This document shows, piece after piece, positions 41,901-51,266 of a stretch of 64,000 nucleotides of DNA (positions are counted from its first letter, which is position 1; each line of letters starts with the position of its first letter). Below the pieces are notes generated by a model. That model did no database searches. It was given only the letters and a program-made list of their open reading frames with translations, and was not told where the DNA came from. The DNA comes from a virus, in the IMG/VR virus record IMGVR_UViG_3300020472_000018, positions 1-64,000 of that record; one strand, 5' to 3'. Both the position numbers and the translations under genes were made by a program.

Positions 41901-44900
41901 AAGGTTTAGTGTTACTTCTGGTTCTGCTAAAGTTAAGATTATTGGAATTAGAGAATTTACAGGTTCTGACGCTGGAAATCCTGTTGAATTAAGAATTGGT
42001 AATGGGTATTATTTGATGCAAATTACAACAGATACAGCATATTCGTATGGTAGTTTTGCTAATACAACAATAGCAGGTTATAAATTTAAAATTAAAGAAG
42101 GTAGTAATGATCAAGTTATTCAAGTAAGCGATAATAATGGATCATCTTGGACTGCTCTTGAAATAAGTACTGTAAATGGTAATTTTGTAATCGGATCTCA
42201 AGGTGAAGTATATTACTACTTAAATGTTGATGATAGTGTAGGATTACCTGAACAACCCTCTAATCCAACTTATGTTATAAATCTTTCTCCTAGTACTAGT
42301 GTTAATGAAGGTAGTACGCTTGTTACTACTATTACTACTACAGACGTTGATAGTTTTACTCCTTTATATTGGAGATTAGATGGAGCAGGAATTAATAGTT
42401 CTGATTTCTCTTCAGGATCATTAACTGGATTTGGAATTGTTAATAGTCAAGGATCATTCCAGTTTAGTCATACTCTTGCTAACGATTTAACTACCGAAGG
42501 AACACAAACTCTTAATGTAAAATTATTTACTGATAGTTCAAGGCAAATACAGGTTGCTACTACTTCTATTCAAATTATTGATACATCTATTTCTTCATCA
42601 TATGCAATATCTCCTACAAAAACTACTCCAAATGAAGGGGAAACTTTTTCATATGGTATTGGAACATCAGGTGTTGCTAATGGTACTACTTTATATTGGG
42701 AAATAACTGGAAGTGTTATGTCCTCTACCGATTTTACTCCTTCTTCTTTAACTGGTAGTGTAACAATTAATAATAATGGTGCTGCTGTTACTAAAACTAT
42801 TAGAGAAGATTTAGTCACAGAAGGTAATGAGAGAATAATTTTTAAAGTATATACTGATGCTGGTAGAACAAACGAGGTTGCTAGTAATAATTCTGTAGTT
42901 ATTCAAGATACATCAACAGCTCCTACTACACCTACCTATACTATTACTCCTTCAAATACTACTCTGAATGAAGGAGATACTCTTACAACAAGTGTAACAA
43001 CGCAAAATGTTTCTAATGGAACTACTCTTTATTGGTTAATAGATCAACATACTGGAGCAATAAACACATCTGATTTTTCTAACGGAATGAGTGGATCTGT
43101 ATCAATTAATAATGGTTCAGCTAGCTTTACTAACACCATTGTTGCTGATAATTTAACTGAGGGTGAAGAAAAATTTGCAATTAAATTATATACTGATTCT
43201 GGTCATACTAATAATGTAGCAAATACATCTACAATCACAATTACTGATACTTCTCAATCTAAAACTTATAGTCTTTCTGCAAGTAGTACAACTCTAAATG
43301 AAGGTTCTACTGTTACTACAACAGTAACAACTACTAATGTTTCTAATGGAACAGTTTTATATTGGGAACTATCAGGAACTGGTATAACATCTTCCGATTT
43401 CTCGTCAGGATCATTAACTGGATCTGGAACTATTAATGCACAAGGAACTTTTAATTTTAGTCATACTCTTGATAATGATGTAACACTTGAAGGAAGTGAA
43501 ACTATTGCTGTTAGATTATATACCGATTCTGGAAGAACAACTCAGGTTGGTAATACACTTAGTATTATTGTTAATGATACTTCTATACCTCAAGCAACAT
43601 ATAGTATAAGTCCTAATCCAACATCTGTAAATGAAGGTTCTTCATTCACAACAACAGTAACAACAACTAATGTATCTAATGGAACTACTTTATATTGGAG
43701 ATTAGAAGGTACTAATATTGATGGTAATGATTTTTCTACAGGAGCATTAACTGGATCTGGATCTATATCTAATAATACATTTAACTTTACTCATACTCTT
43801 GCTAGTGATGCAACAACTGAAGGAAGTGAAACCATTGCAGTTAAATTATATGTAGATTCTGCAAGAACAGTTAAGGTTGCTGAGGCTAGTGTTACTATTA
43901 ATGATACATCTCAAACTCCTTCAACACCTACTTATGTTATATCTCCATCCAAAACTTCAATAAATGAAGGAGAAACTCTTACAACTACAGTTACTACAAG
44001 TAATGTTGCTGATGGAACTACTTTATATTGGCAATTAGATCAGCATACTGGATCTGTAAGTGCTGCTGATTTTTCTTCAGGTGCTTGGAATGGTGCTGGT
44101 ACGACATCAAGTAGTCAATTTACTTTCCAACATACTGTTGCTGCTGATACAACAACAGAAGGAGAAGAAAAGTTTGCGATTGTATTAGCTACTGATGCTG
44201 GTTTTAGTAATATTGTAGCAACTTCAACAGTAATTACAATTAATGATACTTCAACTGATTCTGCTACTCCTACATATTCACTTTCTTCAAATTTAGATCC
44301 AGTTAATGAAGGACAATTCCTTTCTATTACAGTAACAACTACTAATGTTGCATCAAATACAACTTTATATTGGCAATTTAGTGGTACAAATATAACTGCA
44401 TCTGATTTTAATGAAGGAATTTTAGAAAGTAATATCGTTACTGATGCTACTGGTTCTAAGGCATTTGGTACTACTCTTAGAAATGATATTCTAACAGAAG
44501 GATCAGAAACTATGATGGTTAAGTTATTTACTGATTCTGCAAGAACAACTCAGGTTGGTAATACACTCAGTATTACTATTAATGATACATCAACATCTCA
44601 AGCACCAACCTATAGTATATCTCCAAGTGTAACTCAGTTGAATGAGGGGCAATCATTTACAACAACAGTAACAACAACTAATGTTAATGATGGAGTTACT
44701 TTATATTGGATAATAGATGAGCATACTGGAACTATAAATGCTGGTGATTTTTCTTCAGGTGCATTAAGTGGATCTGGAAATATTTCTAGTGGTGGTTTTG
44801 CTTTCTCTCATACTGTTGCGGAGGATGCTACAACAGAAGGAACAGAGAAAATTGCAATTAAATTATATACAGATTCTGGTTATACTAATAATGTAGCAAA

Positions 44901-45342
44901 TACATCAATAATTACAATATTTGATACATCAACAACTTCTAATCCAGTTTATGTTTTATCAACACCAGAATCTATTATTAGGGAAGGTGATACATTTACA
45001 ACAACAGTAACAACAACTAATGTTGTAGATTCTACTGATCTTTGGTGGAAATTAGAAGGTATTAATTCAAGTGATTTAACAACTGGATCTATTGAAGGAC
45101 AAGGTACTGTTATTTCTAATACGTTTAGTTTCTCTCATGCTCTTGCAAAAGATATGGCTGAAGAGGGTACAGAAATTATTCAGATAAAATTATTCAGTGA
45201 TTCTGCTAGAAATAATCAAGTTGGTAATACTCTTGGAGTTACTGTTAAGGATACATCTCAACCAGGATTTAATGTTGACGTAACAGCACCTAACAATAAT
45301 GAATATATATTAATAGGAAATGATACAGACGGAACTATCTAG
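38914..45342 (+). CDS. Giant subtilisin-family (S8) protease with propeptide and nine Calx-beta/Ig-like repeats
   Basis: Triad VDVVVTDNG / DHGTPCAS / FSGTSSACP; EAEELRKHPDIQYVE propeptide; 9 repeats NEG..T.T.T.V..GT.LYW..DF..D..TEG.E. Confidence 0.85.
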   Translation: MARKNYQVKAKDGTCWQKIHHFLCCTTYNELNIPDRECLCKDDAKYDETIGTYQLSLAEAEELRKHPDIQYVELDSTFHAHEMGSKGGHMNEDIEWHSNRFGKNVKNYRDLHYVPDTPQLVQSSLMTITGQSGQGTTNWIKVKDVHPNTDALNYWQLVGFPLIYDYAVYPSAPTNANDPDPLRNSTQTGSNLITISSTGPYQLFVAADGEYASIEWIRDDGYKIFPDLTSGRRQYPANTMDLIPNIPAGMENFYSGWNGRTDGKTGTTKEIIDSSLYWGIKYQIINLGILKAGTHTITYQIRNGSHGDPNKEDWNNNPGGIAWQIYSMGGYTADYYTQQGISGDYKSYVSDVNYIIGTSTWDSAEWNRTGYQLLRCQESSTTNPWASSTRTVKNQDIQYTNDGLDVDVVVTDNGHWFAHPEFCTGENDPPNYISGNVLNRSGKCGVLDMILDAPYYLDPEWFDSDPSNRLTTRWDGTRVPVESVARAWWYSASLRSRISTGQSYDFPDFGGFAISATYTRAYCNGTKTNVPSIFSRGDHGTPCASQAYGKNYGWAFNANKWSITLWAVTSTVTYRVTQIFHKHKPNNPKFNTKNPTISSNSWGKTSRNLLDNDDVYTYEYRGTAYGQTDQNIKDGVSIPGGVSKILDIPHFIKQGGGRESISYLNTFTPTPDQTFIKLPYSRGQSLEAGEENALKAAITEGVIFSFSSGNQAFYLTQEGDVDHNNKVIKENGTEWYIHRAPYPMGVKDDSGYDLFSIGAIDNELKSRWSLTSDTIFKDKGTGTTSKYQNDNIETLARGSAGKKVLSAAGNNDLKFAECGMANIESMVDSEDYSNRGNHIDFYAPADGTLAADIAINYATDTQNPSTGGDGPHRMEIVRGEIVTGNNRFCDTQFSGTSSACPVTVGLLACAMQQNRGWSCTQLKTYLKQQISPETSSTFYLGYEPGSNPDSLKWAADFTTNETDVRIIREISGSKTTPNPVYEATSGLAPSRPNLNERFSVTSGSAKVKIIGIREFTGSDAGNPVELRIGNGYYLMQITTDTAYSYGSFANTTIAGYKFKIKEGSNDQVIQVSDNNGSSWTALEISTVNGNFVIGSQGEVYYYLNVDDSVGLPEQPSNPTYVINLSPSTSVNEGSTLVTTITTTDVDSFTPLYWRLDGAGINSSDFSSGSLTGFGIVNSQGSFQFSHTLANDLTTEGTQTLNVKLFTDSSRQIQVATTSIQIIDTSISSSYAISPTKTTPNEGETFSYGIGTSGVANGTTLYWEITGSVMSSTDFTPSSLTGSVTINNNGAAVTKTIREDLVTEGNERIIFKVYTDAGRTNEVASNNSVVIQDTSTAPTTPTYTITPSNTTLNEGDTLTTSVTTQNVSNGTTLYWLIDQHTGAINTSDFSNGMSGSVSINNGSASFTNTIVADNLTEGEEKFAIKLYTDSGHTNNVANTSTITITDTSQSKTYSLSASSTTLNEGSTVTTTVTTTNVSNGTVLYWELSGTGITSSDFSSGSLTGSGTINAQGTFNFSHTLDNDVTLEGSETIAVRLYTDSGRTTQVGNTLSIIVNDTSIPQATYSISPNPTSVNEGSSFTTTVTTTNVSNGTTLYWRLEGTNIDGNDFSTGALTGSGSISNNTFNFTHTLASDATTEGSETIAVKLYVDSARTVKVAEASVTINDTSQTPSTPTYVISPSKTSINEGETLTTTVTTSNVADGTTLYWQLDQHTGSVSAADFSSGAWNGAGTTSSSQFTFQHTVAADTTTEGEEKFAIVLATDAGFSNIVATSTVITINDTSTDSATPTYSLSSNLDPVNEGQFLSITVTTTNVASNTTLYWQFSGTNITASDFNEGILESNIVTDATGSKAFGTTLRNDILTEGSETMMVKLFTDSARTTQVGNTLSITINDTSTSQAPTYSISPSVTQLNEGQSFTTTVTTTNVNDGVTLYWIIDEHTGTINAGDFSSGALSGSGNISSGGFAFSHTVAEDATTEGTEKIAIKLYTDSGYTNNVANTSIITIFDTSTTSNPVYVLSTPESIIREGDTFTTTVTTTNVVDSTDLWWKLEGINSSDLTTGSIEGQGTVISNTFSFSHALAKDMAEEGTEIIQIKLFSDSARNNQVGNTLGVTVKDTSQPGFNVDVTAPNNNEYILIGNDTDGTI
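42270..45260 (+). repeat. Nine ~110-aa Calx-beta-like coding repeats
   Basis: VNEGST, PNEGET, LNEGDT, LNEGST, VNEGSS, INEGET, VNEGQF, LNEGQS, IREGDT units. Confidence 0.8.
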
Positions 45343-45347
45343 GAATA

Positions 45348-48300
45348 ATGCCAAGTAATCCAGAAGTAAGAATTAAAGAAGGTGAGAGAATTAATTTTCA
45401 TGTAGATGCAACGGGTCATCCGTTCTACATTAAAACAACAGATACAACAGGAAGTGGAGATTTAGTTAATGGTGTAATTAATAATGGAGCAACTGATGGT
45501 ACGGTTAACTGGACACCATCACTTGGAGCTGCAGGAACTTATTATTATAAGTGTGGTAATCATGCTGCAATGGGTGGAACCATTACAGTATTAAGTGTTG
45601 CACCATTACCAGGATATAATATTGATGTAATAGCACCAAGTAATACTGGGTATAATCTTTCAGGAACAGATAGAAATGGTTCAGTAAATGGTAATGATGT
45701 AGATGTAACTATTAGGGAAGGAGATAGAGTTAATTTTTTAGTAAATGCTTCAGGGCATCCATTTTATATTAAAAGTGATCCTGTTACTGGAACTGCTAAT
45801 CAAATAGCAGGTGTTAGCGGTCAAGGATCTGAAACACAAACAGTTACTTGGATTGCTCCAGCAGGATCAACAGGAACTTATTATTATCAGTGTGGTAATC
45901 ATGCTGCAATGGGTGGAAAACTTATAGTACAATCATCAACTGGTAGTACTAATCCTGGTAATAGTAATAAAGTATCTAATGGTGGTCCTCTTACACAACA
46001 TCAGAGTGGACCATATTTTGATGTTGAGAAAGCAGGTCCTTATTTTACAGGTAGTGTTCCTATTAAATGGAGCAAGATGAGACAATATTTTAAAGAAATA
46101 TATCCTGTTAATAATGCAGTTCCTGTTTCTGCATCAGAGATGAAAAGGAATACTAATGTTGATGAATTAGATCCTATTGTTCCAAATTCTACTGAGAATG
46201 AACAGATAGCAGCTACTACTGAATTTAATTGGAAAGCATCTCAAATGAGAGGTTCAATTAAGAGATATTATGCAGATCAAAGATCTAATGCCACAGAATT
46301 GAGTATGGCTAGATTTACTGGTGGTAATGGTATTGATTGGTCAAATGGTGGAACAAGTGGAGTAGATAGTACTAATAATTCATATGGAAATATAACAAGA
46401 AATGTTCAGAAAATTACATTTCTGGATATGATAAGTGGAAGTGGTGATACTGGTAATAATGGTACAGTAGGTGGTGGGGGAGTAGGTAATGATAAAGTCC
46501 CTGCTGCTAGATTAACGCCAAGTAATCCTATACCTGCAAATAATTTTAGGATTCAAGTTGATGGTGCGATTTATGGATCTGCTGGTAGAGAAGCATTATT
46601 TAATTATGCTACTCAAACAGATAAAACTAAGAGTGATCCAGGTAAAGATGGTGGTACTGCGTTAAAGATAGTTCATACAGGAAATACTACTCAAGTATAT
46701 GTTGGTAATAATGCCAAGATTTATGGTGGTGGAGGTGGTGGAGAACAGGGTGCAATGGGATATATCCATCCTGATGGATTGGATGCGATGAAAGGTATAT
46801 GTGATAAAGAATATGCTGCTAATGCAGCTTGTGGTGCAACTCCAGGTTGTGATGGTGGAGATACTTTAATAGCACAGGCAAGTGGTGGATGTTGTAGATA
46901 TGGTCCTGATTGTATTGATAGTTGGTTTGGAACTTGGTGTACTACTGTTTGTAAGGCAAATTGGCAAACTGGAACTTGTTTAAATTCAGTTCCTTCTGAG
47001 AATCCAATCCAAGGTAAAGGTGGAATGGGCGGCTGGGGTGCTGGATATGGATATACACAATGGGTTGGTGGTGGACCTCAAAATGCAAAAGCTGGAGAAG
47101 ATGGTACTGAAGGTGGTTGTCCAACTTGTTTATCTGGTGCTGAACTTAGAGTAGATACTGGACTTTGTTCTACTGATGGTGGTAAAGGTGGAGATGGTGG
47201 TGATTATGGTCAACCAGGACAATCAACTACTGGTATAGATGGTGATGGTGGTAAAGCTGGTGCAGCTATTTGCGGATCTCCATTTGTACTTGGTGGTAAT
47301 ATTAGTAATAGTTCAATAAAAGGAAGATATGATGGACCTTGTGAAGGTGCAGGTTCACAACCAGCACCAAATCCTGATGCTCCTACAGTAACAATCGGGG
47401 CTCCTTACTATGTAAGATTTAAGGAAAATCCTGTTAGTCATTTAATGGTTAGTGGTCCAGGTACTTGCGACTTCAGGATGAAACATAGTTGGACTGATAA
47501 AGCTGATAAAGGATATGCGTTGGATAGTATGTCATTTGGTGGATTTGCTCAAACTTTTGCTGCTGGTAGAGCATACTGGGGTAGATCTTATGACAATCCA
47601 ATATCATATGCTATGGATGTTGCTTGGTCTCCGTTTATGAGAGAATATGCAGTATTCCCTGCATCTTCAAATGGAGGAACTCCAACTGATTGCTTACCAG
47701 ATCAAGCTCAAACCGCAGTTTATAGATTTAATGTTACTGGTGGTGCTAATGCTTATACATTTAAAGCACAGGCAGATAATAATGCAAAATTCTCTATAAA
47801 AGGACCTACTTTCCCTGGAGGATTTCCTTTAGGTGAAGTAGAAACATTTAGTAATCCTACTTCTGATTTTATAAGAGTACCAAACTTTACGTTGGCTGCA
47901 GGACAATATGATTTAACTGTAACAATAACAAACTCTTCCTTCCCTCCAGGACAAGAACCAGCACCAGGTGCTAATAATAATTGGTATTATAATCCAGGTG
48001 GTGTTGCTTTCTGGTTACAAGGTCCTGGTGATACTGATGAATCAGATGAACTTTCCGAAAGAGATTGGACTTGTTGTTCATTAGATTTCACTAAAATACA
48101 AGAAGATGGTGTGTTTATGAGTGATGTTATCTCTTTACCTGAAGGGGAATATCCTATTACATGGACTGGTTTAAATGCTACTAATGGCACTACTTATCCA
48201 AATCCAAATCAACTATCAAATAATACTAAAAAGATTATATTATTTGATAGTCATGGTACTGATGCTAACCAGACTTTTGAGTTATGGCATCCAACTTTAG

Positions 48301-48509
48301 ATGTACCTTATACAGCTGCTGCTATGACTTGGAATGTTAGTGGACAGGTTACTAGAATATTTGGATCATCTAATCCTAACGATCCAACATTCTCTTTACC
48401 TGCTAGTTCTTCTGGTACTACTACAATGAGTCCAGAGAGAACAACAACTTATACTGTAAATGCAACTGGTCCTGGTGGTACAAATAGTAAAAACTGTACG
48501 ATTAAGTAA
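45348..48509 (+). CDS. Structural protein with two cupredoxin-like domains, Gly/Cys-rich region and C-terminal beta domains
   Basis: 2x GHPFYIK...GTYYYxCGNHAAMGG; IYGGGGGG Gly-rich segment with many Cys; NWYYNPGGVA motif. Confidence 0.7.
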   Translation: MPSNPEVRIKEGERINFHVDATGHPFYIKTTDTTGSGDLVNGVINNGATDGTVNWTPSLGAAGTYYYKCGNHAAMGGTITVLSVAPLPGYNIDVIAPSNTGYNLSGTDRNGSVNGNDVDVTIREGDRVNFLVNASGHPFYIKSDPVTGTANQIAGVSGQGSETQTVTWIAPAGSTGTYYYQCGNHAAMGGKLIVQSSTGSTNPGNSNKVSNGGPLTQHQSGPYFDVEKAGPYFTGSVPIKWSKMRQYFKEIYPVNNAVPVSASEMKRNTNVDELDPIVPNSTENEQIAATTEFNWKASQMRGSIKRYYADQRSNATELSMARFTGGNGIDWSNGGTSGVDSTNNSYGNITRNVQKITFLDMISGSGDTGNNGTVGGGGVGNDKVPAARLTPSNPIPANNFRIQVDGAIYGSAGREALFNYATQTDKTKSDPGKDGGTALKIVHTGNTTQVYVGNNAKIYGGGGGGEQGAMGYIHPDGLDAMKGICDKEYAANAACGATPGCDGGDTLIAQASGGCCRYGPDCIDSWFGTWCTTVCKANWQTGTCLNSVPSENPIQGKGGMGGWGAGYGYTQWVGGGPQNAKAGEDGTEGGCPTCLSGAELRVDTGLCSTDGGKGGDGGDYGQPGQSTTGIDGDGGKAGAAICGSPFVLGGNISNSSIKGRYDGPCEGAGSQPAPNPDAPTVTIGAPYYVRFKENPVSHLMVSGPGTCDFRMKHSWTDKADKGYALDSMSFGGFAQTFAAGRAYWGRSYDNPISYAMDVAWSPFMREYAVFPASSNGGTPTDCLPDQAQTAVYRFNVTGGANAYTFKAQADNNAKFSIKGPTFPGGFPLGEVETFSNPTSDFIRVPNFTLAAGQYDLTVTITNSSFPPGQEPAPGANNNWYYNPGGVAFWLQGPGDTDESDELSERDWTCCSLDFTKIQEDGVFMSDVISLPEGEYPITWTGLNATNGTTYPNPNQLSNNTKKIILFDSHGTDANQTFELWHPTLDVPYTAAAMTWNVSGQVTRIFGSSNPNDPTFSLPASSSGTTTMSPERTTTYTVNATGPGGTNSKNCTIK

Positions 48510-48906
48510 AGAATAATTCAACTCCAATAGGTTCACCAAAACTATAATCATATTCTAAAGCATCTGCACAAACATAATGTGGGTGATCTATTGATACGTC
48601 TAGACGTTCACATATTTCTTTATGATTATCTTCCATTAATTCTATGCAATAAAGCATATTATCTAGTACGTGATCGAGATTATGATACTTAACTAATTCA
48701 TCTCTTAACTCAACTAGAAAGTTACCAGAACCTGCAGAGTTATCTAAAAACTTTGACTTTGGGTTCTTTCTAGTTTCTAATGGTATTCTTTCTATCATTT
48801 CTCTACAGATCTCAGGAGGTGTAAAGACTTCTTGAGTTTCTGCTATTCTTTCATCAGATCTTTCTATACTAGATCCTGTTTCTTGATTGTGTTTATTCTT
48901 TGCCAT
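48502..48906 (-). CDS. Small DNA methyltransferase subunit (motif X / SAM-binding motif I half)
   Basis: QEVFTP, KFLDNSAGSGNFL, LYCIELMEDN, ADAL; no NPPY. Confidence 0.7.
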   Translation of the reverse strand: MAKNKHNQETGSSIERSDERIAETQEVFTPPEICREMIERIPLETRKNPKSKFLDNSAGSGNFLVELRDELVKYHNLDHVLDNMLYCIELMEDNHKEICERLDVSIDHPHYVCADALEYDYSFGEPIGVELFFT

Positions 48907-49499
48907 TAGTGTATGTAAGTAGAGATAATATATTTTTTAGATTTGAGGGGTGGGCATCCACGATGTATGAAATTCCATACGGCAGGAAACATAACTAGCT
49001 TTCCCACAGTTGGAGTAACTAATGTTCCATCTGCAAATTCTGTATGACCACCACCATCATTTGTTAAATCATTTAGATAGTATAGCATAGCAAACATTCT
49101 AGGATGATCTTCTTGGGTATTATCATTATGCCAATTAAAATATCCACCTGGTTCGTAACTTTTTACATTATAACCTGCATCTTCAAACTTACAACTTCCA
49201 AATGGAGTTGGTACTGGATCTAGTTGATTAAAACCTTCATAACAATGATCGAGATAGTTTTGTATATTTTCTGAAACATTTTTTGAAAGTATATTATCAA
49301 TGTCTTTCCATTCTTTAAAGGGACTAATAAAAAGATCTTCAGAATCTTTTAGAGTTTTATCAACAACTAATTGACCTCTTCTTAGTATATGACCTGCTTG
49401 TTTTCTATCATCATTTTCAAATCTATCAATAATTTCTTTACACAGATCTTCTGGTAAAGCATTATTGTTAGTATAGATGTAATCTTCAAACTTTATCAT
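48906..49499 (-). CDS. 2OG-Fe(II) oxygenase
   Basis: YEPGGYFNWHND, RMFAMLYYLND, GGHTEF, FPAVWNFIHRG, KYIIST. Confidence 0.85.
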   Translation of the reverse strand: MIKFEDYIYTNNNALPEDLCKEIIDRFENDDRKQAGHILRRGQLVVDKTLKDSEDLFISPFKEWKDIDNILSKNVSENIQNYLDHCYEGFNQLDPVPTPFGSCKFEDAGYNVKSYEPGGYFNWHNDNTQEDHPRMFAMLYYLNDLTNDGGGHTEFADGTLVTPTVGKLVMFPAVWNFIHRGCPPLKSKKYIISTYIH

Positions 49500-50823
49500 A
49501 TGCCTCCATATATGCTTTGATTATTTTATTCTTGCCACAGTGACCTCTACCATTAGTATCTGCTTTAGCAACTTTCCGTAAAGTTGGTTCGAGATTTACC
49601 AATCTCTCTACAATCTCTGGTTTTGCTTTAATAAAATTATGTCCTTTTGCATAATGAGTAAAATCTTTAGTTAAAACTTTACCAGATGGGCCATCACCAA
49701 ATTCTCCAATAAAAACATCTGCGTCAAATCTGTCTTCATATTTTAAGAATTGGAAATCTAAATGTGTTCTATATACTGGAATTAATTTTCTATTACAATT
49801 TCTTACTTCCCACTCTTGAATACACGCATCAATTCCAGTAGGAAAACATTTAGGATCAACATCTTCACTAGATTTGCAATGTAGATCGAGATTTACCAAA
49901 TTCATATTGGAATCACCTTTAAGTGATCTTGGTAAAACTAAGAGGATCTGTCCATTTTCACCTACTTTCTCTCCTGATTTATTCAAGAAACTAACTGCTA
50001 GTTTACCACCTGTACCATAAGGAGGATTACCAATGATTGCATCAAATTTCATGTGTTTTCCTTTGAATTGATTTTGGGTGATACGAGTTATATATTCTGG
50101 ATTATCAATAAACTCATCTTTAGCAAAATATTTGTATGCTTGATCTGTAAAGAGATTGGTGAATCCCATTTTTGTTATCAAATAATTGCAAAAGTGTCCA
50201 TGAGCATCTTGTGGAATGTATATTCTAGCATCTTTTGGTAAATCTTTCAACCTTTCACATAGATCAAATATTACTTGACGATCAGGGATTCTGTGCATAT
50301 CATCTTTTCTTTTCTTTGAGTTCTTCTTAGTAACTAATGGAGAGAATCCTGTATCTTTTTGATAGGTTCTATAATAATTATCCATTCTCTTTACCAGTTC
50401 ACCAATATTATGAACTGCTTGAGACCAATTAGTCTCTAAAGGATTTACTCTTAGTTCTGGTGAACCACCAAAAGGATTTGTTTTACTCCATCCAATCTTT
50501 CTCATTTCTTCCCGAACATCATAATCACTAAGATCAGGATGTACTTCCCATTTAGCAAGTAGATTAACAGCTTCTGGACATTTGGAATAATCTCCATCAG
50601 TGAATCGAATTAAATTATTTCCTATCGTTCTTTCGGTTAAGGTTTCACCAACATACAAAGGTAAACCAAATTTAGTATAATCTGGGTCACCAAGATCATA
50701 CAATCTCACTATTGATGGAAATTGATGAACGTAAATTGTATTTGTTTTTTTGGGAACTTCTTCTTGCTCTTTAAAGAATGGATCAACCTGTTCTTGTATA
50801 GCAGCGACTAGTCCATTAGTCAT
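49486..50823 (-). CDS. Eco57I-like adenine methyltransferase catalytic half fused to an N-terminal GIY-YIG/T5orf172-like domain
   Basis: MKFDAIIGNPPY..FL..G.ILLVLP in the C-terminal half; N-terminal IYV...LYVGET..R..SDYDV..G..E. Confidence 0.65.
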   Translation of the reverse strand: MTNGLVAAIQEQVDPFFKEQEEVPKKTNTIYVHQFPSIVRLYDLGDPDYTKFGLPLYVGETLTERTIGNNLIRFTDGDYSKCPEAVNLLAKWEVHPDLSDYDVREEMRKIGWSKTNPFGGSPELRVNPLETNWSQAVHNIGELVKRMDNYYRTYQKDTGFSPLVTKKNSKKRKDDMHRIPDRQVIFDLCERLKDLPKDARIYIPQDAHGHFCNYLITKMGFTNLFTDQAYKYFAKDEFIDNPEYITRITQNQFKGKHMKFDAIIGNPPYGTGGKLAVSFLNKSGEKVGENGQILLVLPRSLKGDSNMNLVNLDLHCKSSEDVDPKCFPTGIDACIQEWEVRNCNRKLIPVYRTHLDFQFLKYEDRFDADVFIGEFGDGPSGKVLTKDFTHYAKGHNFIKAKPEIVERLVNLEPTLRKVAKADTNGRGHCGKNKIIKAYMEAYDKV

Positions 50824-50845
50824 TGGATTAATTAATTATGAGACT

Positions 50846-50900
50846 ACTATAATGGATTTGATAGGAAGTGTGACCGTACCTAGTCCACTTTGTAAACTGG
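50846..50900 (-). promoter_or_regulatory. Early-type promoter: CCAGTT-N4-AAGTGG box plus TATAGT -10
   Basis: Reverse strand CCAGTTTACAAAGTGGACTA-N29-TATAGT upstream of the MTase; same architecture at 55491. Confidence 0.6.
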
Positions 50901-50981
50901 GTTAACATTCTGGAATTTATACATACCTTTGGTATGGTTGTACGGGAAGCTTTATAATTCTTTAAGAACCAATGGGGGGGA

Positions 50982-51009
50982 TTGACATCCTCTTTTTTTA
51001 TGGTATAGT
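50982..51009 (+). promoter_or_regulatory. Sigma70-type promoter
   Basis: TTGACA-N16-TATAGT with TG extension, upstream of ORF 51036. Confidence 0.7.
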
Positions 51010-51035
51010 AGGATTGTCGTTACATATACAAACAC

Positions 51036-51227
51036 ATGACACAACAAATGAATCCTCTCTGTGAGGCAGAGTTTATTACAGACCTATACTTACATCACGC
51101 AGTTCAAAGTGTTGATGCTAGACTTGGTGAGGGTTATGCAAAAAAGAATCCTCAATTAGTATCTACTATGGTTTCTCTTACTGCAACAGAACACCAAAAT
51201 GCTATTGATAGAAATTTGAGGGACTGA
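51036..51227 (+). CDS. Hypothetical protein (63 aa)
   Basis: Own promoter and terminator; VDARLGEGYAKKNPQLV. Confidence 0.7.
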   Translation: MTQQMNPLCEAEFITDLYLHHAVQSVDARLGEGYAKKNPQLVSTMVSLTATEHQNAIDRNLRD

Positions 51228-51242
51228 TCTCTAACTGTCACA

Positions 51243-51266
51243 AGACCCCTTCGGGGGTCTTTTTTT
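51243..51266 (+). terminator. Rho-independent terminator (UUCG loop) embedded in the next promoter
   Basis: AGACCCC-TTCG-GGGGTCT-TTTTTT, followed by TGCTATAAT. Confidence 0.85.

Noticed and set aside
45340-45350. Amber readthrough or recoding joining 38914 and 45348
   Set aside because: TAG is followed by in-frame GAA TAA, the next ORF is in another frame, and no slippery site is visible; TAG is a normal stop elsewhere in the window
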